NCBI GenBank assembly: GCA_044892505.1
Contig: CM097882.1
Location: forward strand, 584,722,001 to 584,786,000
Origin: Schmidtea nova
Lineage: Eukaryota
Reading direction: 5' to 3'
Length of the DNA: 64,000 nucleotides
Position numbers and translations under genes: made by a program. This document shows, one piece after another, positions 47,496 to 60,422 of the stretch. The notes under the pieces are model-generated. The model worked only from the letters and a program-made list of their open reading frames with translations, was not told the origin of the DNA and ran no database searches. Position 1 is the first letter of the stretch. Each line of letters starts with the position of its first letter.

Positions 47496-48987
47496 CTATA
47501 TATAAAAATATTATACTAATATATAAATAACGGAGGCACTACACCAATAAATAAATTTTATCAATAGCTCTATTGAAAATTTCTTTTAATTTGATTTTCA
47601 TGTATAATTTTTTGTAATTTTAATGCTAAATTTTCATTTGATTATAAATTTAAAAAAATATATTTTAGAAATTATATTAGATATATGCATTTAAAGGGTA
47701 AGATATATATTTGTACTTGCTTCACATATCATCATATGGATAGTTGAAGTTCATTGTGTCTAATCCTTGAGAGGAGGAAGTTTTGTATTTATTTCTTTTT
47801 TAATTTTCCCAAAGGCACTCTATAATTTTGAAGTGAATAAACAATAGATACTCCACAAATATTTATTAAATTAACTAAATTTTAAACAATTTTCCATATT
47901 TTGATGGCTTTGTCTGCAATCAAAAGTTGTTAACGTCAAGAAATCGGAAATATTTTCAAAAAAGTCATAATTTTGCCTTATCATTTACCTGTATAGCTTT
48001 AAATTTTTTTCTTACAGAATATAATAGGGATTGTTTAATTTTTAATTTTTATAAATTTAAGAACAAGGAAAAACAATTAATAACAAAAATTAAAATGCCC
48101 GCGGTATGCTTATACAAGTTAATTTCAGTAAATAAAAGCTGTTCATGTCTATCACGAGAAAGTCAGACAAGTGATTAAATTTAAAATGTAAATTTAAAAT
48201 CATTTCCTGATGCTTTAAATCGTCCAAGATTGCTTGAAACAGCTCTTACAGAAGGGGATAAAGAAAAGAATTATGCATGAATCAAAATAAATTTATAATT
48301 ACTTAAGAAGATGATGAATTTTATATTTTCAATGTAAAAGCAAATAAAAAACCATTTTTTAACTCCAGATTTATTATTATGTATAGAACAGGGATGGCGA
48401 ACCTTTCGAAAGTCGAGTGCCAATTAATAAATTTTTTAGAATGTCAAACATTTCGCGTGCCAAAATCCGCCAGCTGTACCAGATAACCAACAATTGTATT
48501 CACAACTAAAAACTTATCTCTTTCAACTTTCCTTCATACCTTAACCTACCGGGTAGGTCCTACCCTCATACTTGGACTGTTCAACCTGACTAGATTCGGC
48601 TTCTTTCTTCCATAATTTCACATACATTCACAACCCCGTCATTTCACCCTCTCACCATCCTCATTTTGCTCTCGTTCATCCTTTCAAATTGTGTCGGAGT
48701 AGGCTACAGTGGTTTACGCGTTGTAATTTATGAAGCACTATAAATCCACCTCGGCCCAATCTCATTAATCACATTTTCATCCTTCTTTTTCTGTGCCGTG
48801 TAATATAAATGATTTTGATAAGTAAACTAGTGGTGCAGTATTTTTAGATCAATTGTTTTTTTCAGTTTAATTATATTATTAATTAACTAAATAAAAGACT
48901 ATAAGTCATGTTATTTAATGTTGGACACAATATTTAATTATAACATCAACATTGCGAGATGAATCATGACTCAGTGGTCATTGAACC

Positions 48988-49991
48988 CTAGTGAGATCTC
49001 TGTTGTTGTACATTAGACACCAATTGTTTGATATCCGGATCATAGTTTGTATTCTTCAGAGAAATGCACGCCGCACTCATTTCATCAGTTAATCTATTGC
49101 GAATATCAGATTTGATAATATTCATTGTAGAGAACAAACTCTCGCAAGAATAACTGGATGAAAAATAGAGAGAATTGCCAATGCGACATGTTTTAAATCC
49201 TGAAAAGTATTCGGCTCCTTGGTGGACAATACAGTGAAATCCCAGCAATGAATGTTCAACTTCTTTAGTAAACAAATTTATAAAACCGGATTCTTTTCCT
49301 GTCATACTGGGTGCACTATCAGTTGTAACAGATACAATTTCCTTTAAATCAATACTTTTATCAGAAAGCTCCTTTACTACACACTTACATATGTCCATTC
49401 CAGTAGTAGAACCTGGAAGATTGACAAGCGCAATGAGCTCCTCTCGTATTTCATCACCTCTTGGATATCGAGCAATAATAGCTAATCTAGCGGAAGACGT
49501 CACATCTGTACTCTCATCCAAGCAAATTTAAAACGTGTGGCATATTGATAAATCATTTTTTAATTGATCTTTAACATTATTTTCCAATTTCATGATTTTA
49601 TCTTTAACAGTATTTCGACTGATCAGCATGTCTTTGATGGGCTGAAAAATTTTATCTTTATTTGAGAAATCAGCGAACAAGGATGGCGCATATTCCAGCC
49701 ATGATTTTTTTTATATAATCACCATCACAACGGTTTGCCATGCTTAGCAATAATTTTAGATATCTCAAAACTTGCAGCTACAATATTAGATGAACTTTGA
49801 GTGAAATTAAAAAAATTATTTGATTGCATCATTTTGTTTTTTAATTCTCTTGCTATGTATTCCCGCTGCTCAGCTTCGCTTTTTTTAAGAAGCCATTCAT
49901 GTTTTGTTTCATAATCACGTTTAACTGATGATGTCCGACAAACAACACTTTCCGAGTAGAAGACACACAGTGCTTTGCCTTTAACGTCCAT
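48988..49991 (-). pseudogene. hAT transposase (GTF2IRD2/EPM2AIP1-like) with central deletion
   Basis: KALCV..VKR.YETKH; IIAKHGKP; DESTDVTSSARLAII; TTDSAPSM; HCIVHQ joined almost directly to FSSSYSCESLFSTMNIIKS..RNRLTD. Confidence 0.9.
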
Positions 49992-50173
49992 AACCCCGTA
50001 TTGAGCAGTCCACCATTCCTAGAAGACCCTGCCACTACCTTCGCTATCAAGTTTCTGTTTTTTAAATTTTGAACAAGACATTATTAGTTCGTGACACTAA
50101 CTTTATTTATTTAAACAAAGTAAATTTAAATAATACGTTTCAAATAGTCATAATTGTTATTATTACTATTTCA

Positions 50174-50366
50174 NNNNNNNNNNNNNNNNNNNNNNNNNNN
50201 NNNNNNNNNNNNNNNNNNNNNNNNNNNNNNNNNNNNNNNNNNNNNNNNNNNNNNNNNNNNNNNNNNNNNNNNNNNNNNNNNNNNNNNNNNNNNNNNNNNN
50301 NNNNNNNNNNNNNNNNNNNNNNNNNNNNNNNNNNNNNNNNNNNNNNNNNNNNNNNNNNNNNNNNNN
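50174..50366. other. Assembly gap (N run)
   Basis: Run of N. Confidence 0.99.
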
Positions 50367-51116
50367 ATATATTATATTATAAACTTTTTATTAAATTATC
50401 ATTGTTTATATTATCATTGTTTGTCTCAAATTTATCTGCTAATAACGTTTCTAAATACTGCATTTTATCAAAATCAAGCTCAGTCCTCCTATGCTGTCGT
50501 ATTTGCTTATTTGGCGCAAGTTAGGGTTGGGGTCGGGCGGGATGGGTCAATTCAACAATACGTGAACAATGGTAAAGCTGATAAAGCTCACTTTCACGAC
50601 CTAGTACCCAAAGGTTAAAGCAATTAATAACGGTAAGTCTGCATCCCCACGCCGTTATTTATTTATAAAGAAATTTTTATAAATAAGAAAAGGCTTGCAG
50701 TCATGTGTTTAAAATTCAAAACTATCACTAACAGGTTTGTGGCAGACTAGCATTTCACGACAAAAAGTCGTTGGCTGGCGCATTGATATGACAAAACGAG
50801 AGGAATCTTTCATTTGCATGATAGCGAGATTCATTCACGGGTGCACTGATCAAGCGATGATAGGCGCCTCAGCGATTTTAATCGGTTATGCTCATCTTAT
50901 TCGGTGTTTGCACAATAGTGTGTTTTAAAATATGAGGTGAGTCTCTATCATTTGAAAAATTACATTGAGATAAAAAGAGAAAATCAAAAGTCGAAAAAAC
51001 ACAAAATAATCCATTTTTTAGATTTTTTTGTGACTAATATATTATAATGTCGCGTGCCAATCAAAATCATCCCGCGTGCCAAGTTGGGTACGCGTGCCAT
51101 AGGTTCACCACCCCTG

Positions 51117-51544
51117 GTATAGAAGAAAATGCTTTTGATGATGATATAAATTTACAAGTTAGAAAAATTGAAATAGTAGTTTATTTAAATTTGATACAAA
51201 ATGTTAAAAATATTAAAAATTTTAAATATTATAAAGAATTGAATAAGGTCTATCATAACAAACCACCCTTACAAGATCTTTTACAACAACAAGATGTTGA
51301 AAAAGATTCTGGAATTACTGACGCATGCTCACTAAGTAAAAAAATAAAATCAAAAGGAAAAGGAAAGAAATTAGATAATATATTTTATTTTCCAGATAAT
51401 CCAATTTCATTATTCGAACATTTGGGAAATTTATTGGCAGCAACAAAAGCCGGGCAAAATAATACATTTAATAAAGTTAATGCAATTTTAGCAAGATTGA
51501 TGGAATTAAAAATAATAATAATACCAAGTATGAGAAAATTTTAA
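51117..51544 (+). pseudogene. 3' part of a Polinton structural-type gene split by the hAT insertion (5' part ~48200-48388)
   Basis: Removing the hAT rejoins TPDLLLCIE|ENAFDDD. C-terminus GKG..IFYFPDNP..L..LGNLLAATKAG.NN.FN..NAIL.RL.EL.II is a typical Polinton motif. Confidence 0.7.
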
Positions 51545-51576
51545 AGAAATAATCTCCTTAAATTTATACTATAAAA

Positions 51577-51839
51577 ATGACAGCAACAAATTTTGATATT
51601 GACAAAATTTTTCATTTTAAGCATGATGTTCGAAAAAGAAAGATTTTTTGGAAATATTTCCAAAAACAACAAGTGCTGAAGCATTAAATAATGGATGGAA
51701 AATATATTTTAATATTAATCAATCTTCAAACCCTCTAGATAGTCTAGATATTTGTAATTCATTATTATATTGCAAAGTAAAATTAACTGGAAATGTTGCA
51801 ACTGATAAGTATATATTTGAACATAATTCAAAACAATAA
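51577..51839 (+). pseudogene. Possible Polinton major capsid protein N-terminal fragment
   Basis: EIFP..S...LNNG..IYFNI.Q..NPLD..NSLLYCKVKL; directly follows the previous Polinton gene; frameshifted and truncated. Confidence 0.5.
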
Positions 51840-54800
51840 CAAGTATTATATTACTATAAAGAAGGCTAAAATTTAATCAACTGGAACAAGATGTAATAAA
51901 AATCTAATTGTGCATATTTAAATGAATAAATAAATATCTTACTTTTATTATCATATTTTTCCTAATATCTAAAAGATAATTTGAAAAACCAAATTTTAAA
52001 ATTAAAAAAATGCGAAAGCATTCATATTCCATAATACTATGATTTTTAATATAAACATATCGATTCTTATAATATATATTTATCTCAATATAAAATGTCA
52101 ATGTCTGTTTATCCGTCCGTCCCACGGATATTATTTATTGATTTTTATAAATATTTTATATTGATTAACAAATTTATTAATTCAATATTAATTCTTTTTA
52201 CATAATTACTTCAGTAAGAGGCTATGTCAGGTCTGAACCACTACCCCCATGTGTGTATTGCGTTCTCGCTCGGGACATAGCACATTTGATTATGTAATGA
52301 TTGGGTCATAAATTTATTTGTTACGTAATAATTCTCAGTATTTTACAAAGGACGCAGATTATAGCGTCGTAATTAAATAATCGACGTCAAGGTCATTATA
52401 TAATCGGGTCAAGGTCATTTTTTGTTAAAGTTTTTGGCACAATTTTTGATTTTTACCGCCGTTTTGAATTTTTGTTTAAATAAAGTAAATATTTAAATTT
52501 TTGAGGCAATTTTTGAATTTTACTGCTGTTTTGATTAAATAAAGTAATTATTAAAATTTTTAGAGCAATTATCAATAGTTTTTAAATTAATATTTTTACT
52601 ATTGTTGGGCAAAAACCACAAATGTTTTAATAAAGCAATAACCCCATAGGTAGAGAGCGCGCAAGATTCAGTTTTAACCCAAATATCCATTAGAAATCCA
52701 AACGATTAAGTGAAAAACAACAAAAGGTGAAGTGGACTCAAAACACATCAACCAGTAGAGAACGCGCTAGCTGTGAGTCTGAAAGCCCTTACATTGAAAC
52801 CTCGAGAAAAATCAAATGCCATCAAAAGAAGAACGTTTAAAAGTTAGAATAGGCGGAAAACCCATTGAAAATACCCATAAAAAACGGAATTGTGTTATAA
52901 AACCTTCATGCAGAAAAAAATAACAAAATTTTAGCCGAAAATTGTGATTTTAGCAAAATATTTCACATTAACAATAAAAAGAACTAATATTAATCGAAAT
53001 ATCGTAAATTAAATCAAATCGAACAAATTTCGATTCAAAAACAAAAATTTTGAACAAATAAATTATTTGTGTTTTGAAAAAAATTATTACACAAAAATAT
53101 GGATTTAATTTTCGGAAAATCATTAGAATTAATTTAGAAAAAATTAAACGGAAAATTCTAGAACAATTTGTTTTATTACACTACTGAAGGTAACGCAAAA
53201 TCGATGGTATATATACCGCCATCAAAATGGCAAGAATCAGAATTTGTGAATAATTTTCTGTTTAAGAATTTTGCGATAAAATTTTGTTAAATTTTGTTAA
53301 TATTTTTGAGAAGACCAGGAGCCACACTAAGCGTAAGGTTTTTTTTATTTTAATTTTTATTCCATTACATATGCGTTATCGGCATGGGAGGCCCAAAAAG
53401 TCATGCCCTTTGGACATCCCATGTCGACACAGTTCTTATTTATTTTTATTTAATTCATTTAGTTATATTCTTTTATTTTTATTACTAATAATATAGGATT
53501 GTATCTAACAAATTTTTTTTTATTATTTTATATATCACAAATTCTCATAATTAAAAAGAAAAAATTCTAGTAACTCAAGTACAAACTATTAAATAAATAA
53601 AAATTTTTTTTTACTTCCGTACCCCCTGAAGCCTGTGTCTGGCCTTGTGCCGATCGGGTGGAAGTAGCCTGAGCGGATCGCTGGTTCGATACGTAAATTG
53701 ATCAGCCCATATTTCCGAGTCCAGGTGAATAGCCTAACCATCCATGATCACTTCATCCCAACTGGGGAACAGTGGCTTGGCCAAAGGCAAGGTGTTATAT
53801 TAATGATATTTAATTTATAATAAATGTAGTTTATTTGAATTTATAATTTCCGACATATTTATCATCTAAAAATTAATACTACATGAAAACGTAAAGACGA
53901 TTCTCTCCAGTAATGTCTTTTCCATTAGGAAAAATAATTGTACAAGAACATTTTACTCGTCGTCGCCTTCACTCTCGCAACAACCGTCATCTTATCCGAA
54001 AACGCAAGTAAATGGAAGTTAATGTTGGAAAAAGAATCATATGAAATAATGCTCAAAACTGATATAATGATTACGAAATGAAATGAAGTATTAGGACAAG
54101 TATTGATGATCTGAATTAAACCCCATTTATTATCTAAATAATTTTGTCTAGTGAACCTTGTTTTCGGGAGCCTGAAGTTCCTAAGTAAAGTGTTCCGAAA
54201 AATTCGCGCGCACTTTGGTTGGGAAATTCATGCTCGGACGAAACCGAAATTTACTTTACTTGATGTTAAAAACATTCGTTGAAAAATTTATAACTTATTT
54301 TATTTTTATTTAGCATATGAAAACTTTTTAGATTAAATGCTTATTTGAATTTCTAAATTGATGGATAAAAATTTATTATTAAGTGGATTTCGTCTTGATC
54401 AAAAAATAAAAATTTACTTTTTATTATATTGAAAAAAATTTTTTTATAATGAAAAATTGTAAACTAAAAATTTTCCTAATATTGTCATGATATAAAAGAT
54501 TTTGTCATTTTATAAAATTCCTAAGAATTTAAAAATCAAAACTTGTATTGAAACCCATAAAAATTGTAAATCGAGAATATTATTATTATATTGAAAATTT
54601 TTATCATCGTGAGTTCGCGATTTTATCGAAAAATTAACATACAAATTATAGAATGTATATTATTACCGTTGCTAAGGCCTCGGCGAATTTTTGAAAAGTC
54701 CAAATGATAAATTTCAATAAAATGTTAAAGATTTATAAAGCAAGATAGACAATAGGATTAGGATATAAATCAAGCTTCTCTAAATTTTAAATATGGAAAA

Positions 54801-55105
54801 CACAAAAATTTATACAACTTCGAATATAATAATTAATTTGACAAAGCTAACATCGATTGAAAGTCCCCGAATATATGTCTTTTTAAAGGAAGCATAAATC
54901 CCCGAATTGAGTTGGCGATGGTATGTTTGAGGGTAAACATAGTAAGCAATAATGAATGTGTGAATGGAAATAATTTTGTGTTGGTTATGAAAAATCGATA
55001 AGTGTTCATCGATCAAAATGATTATGTTTTATTGATTTAAAATGAATATTTGGAATTGAATGTCAAGTGACGATTGGAAGGGGTTATTATTGTATAATTT
55101 TTTAG

Positions 55106-55669
55106 ATGTCCGAAATGAATATAGAGCAGAAATTCGAAGAGATACACAAACTGATTGTGGAAAATGCCCGCCATAATCGCCGGGTAGACCAGTGTTTCGC
55201 CGAGATGGAGAGGGCGAAAACTTCAAATACGGATGCGTTACAGATCATGACGTCTCGGATGGAAAAGTTCAGAGCGCGATGCCGGGAGATGGAGTCGACG
55301 TGGTCGAACAAAGAGACCGTCGACAAACTCCGCAAACAAATCCAGATGCTGTTGCAGCAGGCTGCGGACGACGCAATAAAATTGCGGGCGTGCCGAGTCA
55401 CAATCAGGGACTTAGAAACACAAAATGAACGGCTAAGATTGGACAGTGGTATCATTGCCGCCGTCCTGCCAAAACCACCCTGCCTGTCCCAAGAGTTGTT
55501 CCCAGTGAGGGTCGAGGAACAGATATTGTCACCTCCTGTTCCCGCCAAAACAGCCAGGCAGAAGCCCAATAAAGGGGTGAGAGCTCGCCGAAGACGTCGG
55601 CAGGAAGCGAGACTGCTGGGACGAGTCCGCAAGGAATATGTAGACATAATAGACATTACTGCTTTGTGA
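55106..55669 (+). CDS. Unknown coiled-coil protein with Arg-rich motif (cassette copy 2), intact 187 aa
   Basis: GC-rich ORF in an AT-rich background, preceded by tttttag. KPNKGVRARRRRRQEAR. Aligns weakly with 24509-25106 (W.N.E..). Confidence 0.6.
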   Translation: MSEMNIEQKFEEIHKLIVENARHNRRVDQCFAEMERAKTSNTDALQIMTSRMEKFRARCREMESTWSNKETVDKLRKQIQMLLQQAADDAIKLRACRVTIRDLETQNERLRLDSGIIAAVLPKPPCLSQELFPVRVEEQILSPPVPAKTARQKPNKGVRARRRRRQEARLLGRVRKEYVDIIDITAL

Positions 55670-57115
55670 TTTAATGGACAACGAGTATCCTATCGTGTAT
55701 TTATTTGTTTTTTTCTTTGTAGTTTGTGTTGTTTTTTTTGTAACATTAAAGTGTTCTCTTGTTTTTTTTTTGTTTTTTTTTTGGGTTGAATGATTGAATG
55801 CAATAAAGCAATGTATAGAATAAATTGAGTAAAAGCAACTGAGGTTCAATAGTAAATGAAGTACATGAAGTTTCTGAAGTAGATAATACATTGGAGGGAC
55901 AGAAATGGGCGAGAAACCTTCTATCGGTAGCCCTTGGACCCAGGAGATATTCGGTCAATCATAGTTTCGTATTGGCGACGCTCACTGATTGCGAATACCC
56001 ACCCACTTGTTACGGTACCAACGTTGCATAGTGACGGGTAACAAGATGGTAATTTCAATGTTTTATGTGTTGAGTTGTTGATACGAGCCATAGCAACGTC
56101 AAGGTCATATTGACGATCAACAACCCACCACTATTAATATTTTATAAGTATTAGTATTTTATTTAATATTATTTTTATAATTATTTTTATTAATATTTAT
56201 TATTACTATTTTCCAAAGTATTATTATTATATTTGTTAACTTGAAATATTTAACAACTTAAACTGAAAATTTGTTCAGCTTATATAGTAACTTTTTGTTG
56301 CTCTTCATTTTAAATGGCAATGCTCGTCATTTGTCAATAATGTTTTTAGCTCTTAAATGGGACTTAAAATTTAAAAAATAAAATTGATTTTTATTAAATT
56401 ATTTTCCCTAAAGTTCTGCCTCTTTCTACTTTTGCCCCCTTTTTTATTTTAGTTCATTACTTATCTAGGAAAATAGCATTTACAATGGATAAAATTAAAT
56501 TTTGATAAAGCAAGCTTTAATTGTGGTTAAAATTTGAAGTTAAATATAATATATCAATAGAAGATATAAATATAATATATTAACAAAATAAAATATAATT
56601 AAATCAAAATCCATTAATCAGATAAAATAAAATCTATTGTTAACAAATTGTATGCTGGTAACGTAATTTTATGTTTTTTTGCCATTTGACACTTGTGCTG
56701 GTCTGTTGATATAGATGTTTCAACTGAGATTTTATTTTTTTACTGTTCTTATTAGGGATCTTACCAACATAAAAAATTCACACCGCTGATACCCATGATG
56801 TGTCTTTAATCACTCATCATGTTGGTAATGTATCTAGCGTTGAAGAATGATGAGGCAGGTGAGCAACCTTGCGACTACTATTCCCTCATTTATCTACGGG
56901 TCCACCACTGCTGATAGAAAGCCTGTGTGGTTTTGTTTCGGTCACAATTTCTAATTCGCTCTGTGCCTATATACGTCTAGGATATTGTTTTTTTTGCTAT
57001 CCACCTCCCGGTTATAAATCAAATGAATTGTGTGTATTGTTTAATACTCAGACATTCGTTTATCTTATCACACCTTCTCTTCGCATCATGCAATAAAACA
57101 ATTTGTTAGATACAT

Positions 57116-57533
57116 TTATTTGTAACCTAATAACACATTTGGGTTTATAACTTGGATTAACTGTCGTTCGCTGAGGCCACTGAGTAGATCTACCTCTACT
57201 CCCATTCTTTTTGTGAAGGCTCTGCTTTCACGTCGGCGCTTTGCTCCCAGCCGATTTCTTTTCTTAGTTTTTGTATTCACATCACTAGTTCCGGTTTTAG
57301 TTTCTTCGCTCATCTGGTTCGATATTTCTTTTACTAGCGTAGCCTCGGTTTGGGTCTCTATCGACATGCTCCTCGAGGGCACCCATCTATCGAAAGTGAT
57401 CTTTCTAATCTGGTCTCTCAAGTGCTCTGACACAAACTGTTCCGAAACTGCTCTTAGACATTTATTCAGCTCGACTTTGGTCGCGGCTAGTTCGACCGAT
57501 TGTGCGTCAAAAGTCCATCGTTTAATGAATTAA
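57116..57533 (-). pseudogene. Unknown coiled-coil/basic ORF (cassette copy 3), 5' part decayed
   Basis: ELAATKVELNKCLRAVSEQFVSEHLRDQIRKITFDRW matches ELEVTKIELRKCLKSVTTSFIEDELKELIRPITFQRW of copy 1. KKRNRLGAKRRR. Confidence 0.65.
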
Positions 57534-57988
57534 GTTTGGAAAACTTTTTTAATTTAAAGAAAATTGCTGGATTTGTTTAATTGGGCTATTTTGATGGACA
57601 ATTTAGTCGCAGATTTGATTTAAGTAAATTTTTGCTGAGTGTAATTGTAATGAATTAATTTGGGCGAACTTGGAATTTAAATTTAATTGTAAATTTTGCT
57701 GAATATTGATGAAAGATGTTTCGAATTTGGAATTGTAATTTGTGGAATTGAATACAATCTTCGTGACTTGGGAATTTTGTGATTTGGTTTCGAACTATTG
57801 GGATTAATTTTTGGGACTTTTGGATTTGGTTTCGTTTTGGAATTTGGACTTCCGTTATGTTCTTGAATTCGAGTTCTTTGGATCGTTATATGACAAGGTA
57901 TATCAAATGACCTTTCACTGGTAAAATGACACTTAGTAAAAATTGACTGACTCGGTAAGAGTGACTCTCTCTACTGAATTTGACTGCC

Positions 57989-58026
57989 GTATATATACTT
58001 ATTTTTGTTGACGGCCACCCAATCAG
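57989..58026 (-). promoter_or_regulatory. Putative Pol II promoter (CCAAT-N21-TATA) upstream of cassette copy 3
   Basis: Minus strand reads CTGATTGG-N20-GTATATATAC. Confidence 0.55.
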
Positions 58027-58695
58027 AATTCAGTATGCGTTTAAGTACGGTTAGCATTTTATTTTTAATGCTTATCTTTATGTGCTTAATTCGGTGAGTT
58101 GTTGTTTACTGATGCGTTACACTTATTTATTATTTTATTTTAGGTCTTCATTTTACCCGAGCGGTCCACCCCCTCTCTGTCAGTCTTGGCTGACTCATTC
58201 CAATGTGCTTTTATTATTCGTTCTGCGTGAGTAAATTTTTTATTGTTATTATTCACTTTAATTCATTGTTAATTTATTTCAGGTTCCATTGCTTACTAAT
58301 GTTTCTTTGTGGATCGCTAGTACCTCGTTAGTTATTTTATTATTTTCTTTGTTAATTTTCCGTATTTATTTTTTTCTTATTTTAGATTATTTGCGATTCG
58401 CCGGGCCAAACACTTGAGCGCGAGTGACGTAAAAGTACGTTTTTGTAGACTTGAGGTGGAGAGAAGATTTCGTATAAATACGGGTCATTGTAAGTGCGTA
58501 TGTTTTTTATATCGCTTTACCACAGAAGACCAGAATATTAGTAAGGCCGTTTGAAGTGAAAATGCTGGTATATTTATTACCACCTGTTTCAACAACCTTT
58601 TTTGAGTTATTCTGTGTAGTTTATGTGGTATATTTCTTACTGTTCTTTTTTACTATTCACTTATTTATTTTATTATTTGTTACTACATTGATAAA

Positions 58696-59990
58696 ATGAA
58701 CCAAGAAATATGTGCTGATGTATTATCGAATTTTTCGTGTGACAGTGATATCGAAAATCAAGATAGCAAAGAAAGCGACGATGAAGACTTTATTAGATGT
58801 CTTCGAACGTTCACTCGTGAAACTGTTTCTAGCAGTCTTGAAACAAGTTTTGATGAAGCAGAAATATGGTCATCGATTGACAATCCTCCTGTCCTTGTAG
58901 AGTTTTTGAGTCGTTTTGGAATTATTGTGGCTGATGTTCCTGAATCCTCAATTGAAGCATCAAAGTTATTTATAGGCGACGACTTTTTTTACATATTTAG
59001 TCACTGAATCAAACATATATTATTATCAATATATCAATCGCATAATAACACCTCGCAAAAGTATCAAATGAAAAGATATTACGATTCCAGAGATGAAGAA
59101 ATTTTTAGCTCTCGTTATTTTTATGGGACGAGTTCGTAAAGATAGATGAGACGAATATTGGTAAACTGACCCTTGTACAGAAACACCGTTTTTTCCAAAG
59201 ACTATATCAAGGGATAAATTTCGGCAAATATGTGAAGTTTGACATTTCAACAACAATGAAGATATCACAGGCGAATCTTATCGATTATCCAAACTCAGGC
59301 CAGTACTCAATGTTTTTGTCGAAAAATTTAATAACATTTACAAACCAAAACAACAAGTGTCGTTAGATGAGGTCATAGTACCATGAAGAGGACGATTATT
59401 TTTTCGAGTATACAATGCTGGAAAACTTACAAAGTACGGCATTTTTGTACAAATACTATCCGAAAGTGATAAAGGTTACATTTGAAACTTTGAAATTTAT
59501 GCAGCTCAAGGATTACAATTGATCGAAACAATACAAACTGCAGTTTCTCCATATATCAGTATTATCACCATTTGTATATGGATAATTATTACAACAGCGT
59601 TGATAACACGAAAGCCCTTTTACAAAAAAAATACGTATTACCGGAACCATCAGGAAAAATTTAAAAGAGGGGAAACAATCTTCCGTCGAAAAAAGGACAT
59701 GTTGATACAAGTTTGGTAATCAAAGAAAGAAGTATCTTTTGTCTCTTCAATCCATTCGGCGGATTTGGAAGAAAGCCATAATGTTGACAGTAAAACTTGA
59801 CAAAAAATCATGAAACAAAACGCTTTAATAGACTATAACAAGTACATGAAAATGGTCCTACTATAATATTTTACGAAAAACAGTAAAGTGGACAAAGGGA
59901 GTAGTTATGTATATGATAAAATGCGAACTTTTCAATGCATATGTGGTGTATAACTCTACGAAGACGCTAATAATAAAATATAAAGAATAA
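58696..59990 (+). pseudogene. piggyBac (PGBD4-like) transposase remnant
   Basis: Acidic N-terminus; TPFFPKTISRDKF; RLSKLRPV; QVSLDEVIVP*RGR; KYGIF; HLYMDNYYNSV; DYNKYM; KWTK..FNAYV. TIRs not identified. Confidence 0.85.
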
Positions 59991-60200
59991 AGTATAATGT
60001 CGCATTGGATTTAGTTATCCGCGTGAAATGTGGATAATTAATAAATCGGTCAATTTGTGTTTCTTTTTATTAAAATTATATTTCACTGATCAGTGTTTGA
60101 TTTTAAAATTTCGGGATATTTGTAAAACAATTTGCATGCAATACGCGTACAACATGAAGTGACTCACATAGATATGCAGCTCAAATATAGAACAAAGGCA

Positions 60201-60374
60201 AGTAGTATATACGAAGTTGGGTATCCCGCAGATTTTGAAAACCCATGCCCGCAAAACATTTCACACATTCACTAATGCAGGACGGATTCGCCCGCAACCG
60301 TTCATTTCACTCATGTTTTATATGCGGGCAGGATTCTCAGAATTTCCAGGATATCCAACTTCGTATATACTACT
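60201..60374. mobile_element. 174-bp MITE-like element with 26-bp terminal inverted repeats
   Basis: AGTAGTATATACGAAGTTGG(G/A)TATCC at both ends, one mismatch; internal CCCGCA repeats; no TSD found. Confidence 0.75.
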
Positions 60375-60422
60375 GTGATTTTTACTTGCCCGCAAAACAT
60401 AATTAAAATTTTATTCTTAAAA

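Larger units (their letters stand above)
48389..51116 (-). mobile_element. Complete, internally deleted hAT (Buster/Spin-like) element
   Basis: TIRs CAGGGATGGCGAACCT and AGGTTCACCACCCCTG (14/16 match). 8-bp TSD GTATAGAA with central TA on both sides (48381-48388, 51117-51124). Confidence 0.95.

Noticed and set aside
22364-50618. Track ORFs made mostly of X (22364-22705, 27772-28171, 50069-50618)
   Set aside because: Artefacts of translating N gaps.
2082-59719. Antisense or alternative-frame ORFs such as 2082-2330, 5378-5683, 7897-8208, 14515-14757, 19692-20201, 24689-24952, 55102-55656, 57213-57533 (+), 59513-59719
   Set aside because: They shadow better-supported coding frames and have no motifs of their own.
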